Notes under the pieces: generated by a model
What the model saw: the letters and a program-made list of their open reading frames with translations, nothing else
Told to the model about the DNA's origin: nothing
The model's database searches: none
Program-made: the position numbers and the translations under genes
From: Chrysomallon squamiferum
Taxonomy: Eukaryota > Animalia > Mollusca
Direction: 5' to 3'
Length of the DNA: 64,000 nt
Assembly (NCBI GenBank): GCA_012295275.1
Contig: CM022679.1
Location: 16,616,001 to 16,680,000, forward strand
In this document: positions 61,484-64,000 of the stretch, in pieces
How positions within the stretch are numbered: the first letter of the stretch is position 1
Layout: every line of letters begins with the position of its first letter

Positions 61484-62733
61484 CTGAAATAAGTAAAAGA
61501 ACAAAATATGTAACAACAACAACAAAAATAAATATCTTATTCTACACTTCACAGGGCATTTTTGGAAACTGCTTTAAATGAAAATTATCAATGTTTTGGG
61601 GGTCAATTTTAATAAGTTGAAAATTAAATTTGTTACTTTACTTCTTTTTTTTTGAAAACAAAAATTTAGGATTCTATATAATCCAAAAACATTAAAGTTA
61701 AAAAAATAAAACAACAATTTTATGAACATAAATACACACACAGTAAACCCCCACCCAAAAAAATAAAAACAAAGTTTTTTCTTAATTGCACTGCATTCAG
61801 TTTCAAGTGAATTTATTTGGAAAGTAAAACAGTAAGGTTACCAGGTGTGAGCCTTAGGCAGATTGTCTGTACAGATGTCAACTTGGTGAATTGTGAACAG
61901 TCTTGGACCAGCAGCACCAGTAGATCCTACACAAAATAAAAATACAATCAGTTTATTCAAACATTATCTGCATAAAACAAAAAAAAAAAGAGAAAATAAT
62001 AACAATAGTTAACAAATAAATAAATAATAATTAATGAAATAAATATATATTGTTTTGGATAGTGTGAAATTATCATAAATACCTTGAAGGGCTTTGAACC
62101 CCTGAAGTGGCACTCGAGAACTTCCAGTCACAAACTGGAGTAATCTTGCTCTCATTTCATCATCATAACTGTCAACAGCTCTCCAGAACCATTTGGCAAT
62201 GTTGCTCTCAGGAGTACAGTGTTTCAGCCTTGTGTGTTTCTTCCAGTCTTCCACATCAATTTTTCCTAAACCACCAATCATCAACTAAAAAAAAACCCAC
62301 AAAAAACTGGTAAACTAAACTTTAATATTGAAAAATTAACTGTTTTTACTGCTTACATTTGTTATAATTAAGAAATTATCCAGAATATTTCCAATAAATA
62401 TGAAACCTATCAATTTATAATGCCTTGTATTTGTTGTAAACAATAAATAATCCATAGGATTTCTAATTTATGTAAGTGAAACAAATAACTGTCAAGATTT
62501 TCTTCACTGTGTTTATGTTGTCACTCTGCACAACTGTGAATGATGTAAAATGAAAATCAATTATTAAAAAATAATAATTATATAATACTAAATAACTTGT
62601 TGCTTTGATTACCTCAAGTTCTCTTTCATCAAATGACTTAAGTAGATGTGGTGGAATGATTTCATTGAATCCTTTTTGTAGTGCTAGAAACTGAGCTTCA
62701 ATTCCACGCATAAACCTCCACTGGACATAAAGT
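61384..62733 (-). CDS. SMURF: E3 ubiquitin ligase SMURF (HECT C-terminal part); 5'-partial, continues beyond the window end
   Basis: Exons 62733-62613, 62284-62083, 61926-61842, 61483-61384. [83 protein letters not shown] are SMURF1/2-specific. Confidence 0.96.
61842..61926 (-). CDS. SMURF: SMURF exon ending in the catalytic Cys codon
   Basis: [28 protein letters not shown](C). Confidence 0.95.
62083..62284 (-). CDS. SMURF: SMURF HECT exon
   Basis: LMIGGLGKIDVEDWKKHTRLKHC...KALQ. Confidence 0.95.
62613..62733 (-). CDS. SMURF: SMURF HECT exon
   Basis: [14 protein letters not shown]...FDERELE. Confidence 0.95.
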
Positions 62734-64000
62734 CTGAAATTATAACACAAAATAATTAGACATTTTTTAAAATAAACTGCTGCAAACGTCTGTGATAACA
62801 TAAATATATACAGTTTTACTCACCCAAATTTTGGAATTAAAAATATTGCAATTTTCACTATTATACAACAAACCTGAAACTAAGAGCAGAAAATGAACTA
62901 TAAAGATACTTATATTTCTAAGTTAATATATTAATTAAACCAGTTTTCCATCATTTGGTATTAAAATATATTACTTATTTTACTAGAAACATTTCAGTCA
63001 TTTTTTTGAAGCAGTAAAAAAATCCAAATATTTAAAAAAGATTTGTTTTCATTCAGACTACCTTAATCAATTCCACAGCCAATAAAAAATAACAACTTCA
63101 TGTTTCTTTATGAATAAACAAAACATATCTTGATTACATCAGTAACAAATATTTGTTTCCTTGTGCAAAATCAACTATTTCATTATTAACAGTTAACGAC
63201 TTTGTGATGGTAAACAATTATTAATATTCTCCTTTCATGTATGTCCCTAAAAATAATCTGCTAGAGAACTCTGTACATACTAACTTTATCTGCCCTATCA
63301 AGAATTATCTCCCATAATATTTGGGAAGTGTGCCAAAAATGACATCTGGTAATTAGTTTGTAAGACAGTGTATGATCTACAAAGAGTATTGCGTAGAAAT
63401 GTTTCATAACCTTTGACATTTGCTTGCAGAATCCCAGACAAACGTTTTTCATTGACTTGATTTTTTTTTTTTTTTTTTTGCTTCTCATGATTACTAACAT
63501 CAGTACTGTTAAAAATAGCCTGGTGAGTAAGTATAAGCTTTGGCATCTAACACTGATGGCTGCTTTATACATTCTGTTGAATACTTCATCATCAAAAAAG
63601 TTTCTTAGAATTACAAACAAAATATGAGATGTATTTCTAATGCTACTGTTGAAAAACACAACTGACAAAGGCATCGTTTCTAAAACATAAATGGATTCCG
63701 TTTTCTTTGTTCAGCTGAAATGTTTGTGTTTCTTTTGCAGTTATGAATTTGGGTAGTTGATAAGATACATTAACCTCTCAAGAACCTGGAGTAATTCAAT
63801 AAACATTAAAAATATTAAAAAAACAAAAACAAAAGTAAAACAAAAGAGAAAGTAAAAAAAAATACTGATGCCTAAAACTGAGTTAAATTCTAAACTTTAA
63901 ATGAATGAAGATGAACAATACCAAATTTTTATTATTTATTATTATTTTTTACACCTTATCATTATGTATATAAATATTTGTAAATTCTTTTTCTTTTACT

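Noticed and set aside
63261-63674. 137-aa and overlapping ORFs in the SMURF intron
   Set aside because: No HECT similarity, they run through a poly-T/A tract, and no compatible splice sites were found.

Overview
AT-rich, CpG-depleted, intron-rich animal genomic DNA, probably from a mollusc or gastropod (inferred from gene structure and SINE-like relics). It is not prokaryotic: no CRISPR, rRNA or tRNA was seen. Reading splice sites and reading frames by hand gives five spliced genes. (1) The 3' part of a Zasp/PDLIM (ALP/Enigma family) gene on +, 14677-27887. Its PDZ exons lie upstream of the window; it shows a ZM motif, two ALP-type motifs, three LIM domains, a candidate internal promoter and a candidate mutually exclusive exon pair. 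(2) A complete KDEL receptor on +, 32052-36802, 212 aa. (3) A complete POLG2 (mitochondrial DNA polymerase gamma accessory subunit) on -, 45331-41163, 10 coding exons, 402 aa, with one GC-AG intron and a decayed KRBA2/SCAND3 (Ginger-type) integrase just past its stop. (4) A complete diacylglycerol lipase beta on +, 46571-54883, 12 exons, 678 aa, head-to-head with POLG2. (5) The last four HECT exons of a SMURF E3 ligase on -, 62733-61384. There are also 25-, 22/23- and 44-bp minisatellites, microsatellites and SINE relics. The most notable observations are the KDELR-POLG2-DAGLB-SMURF gene order, which matches two separate human paralogous segments, and the splicing and promoter logic of the Zasp gene.
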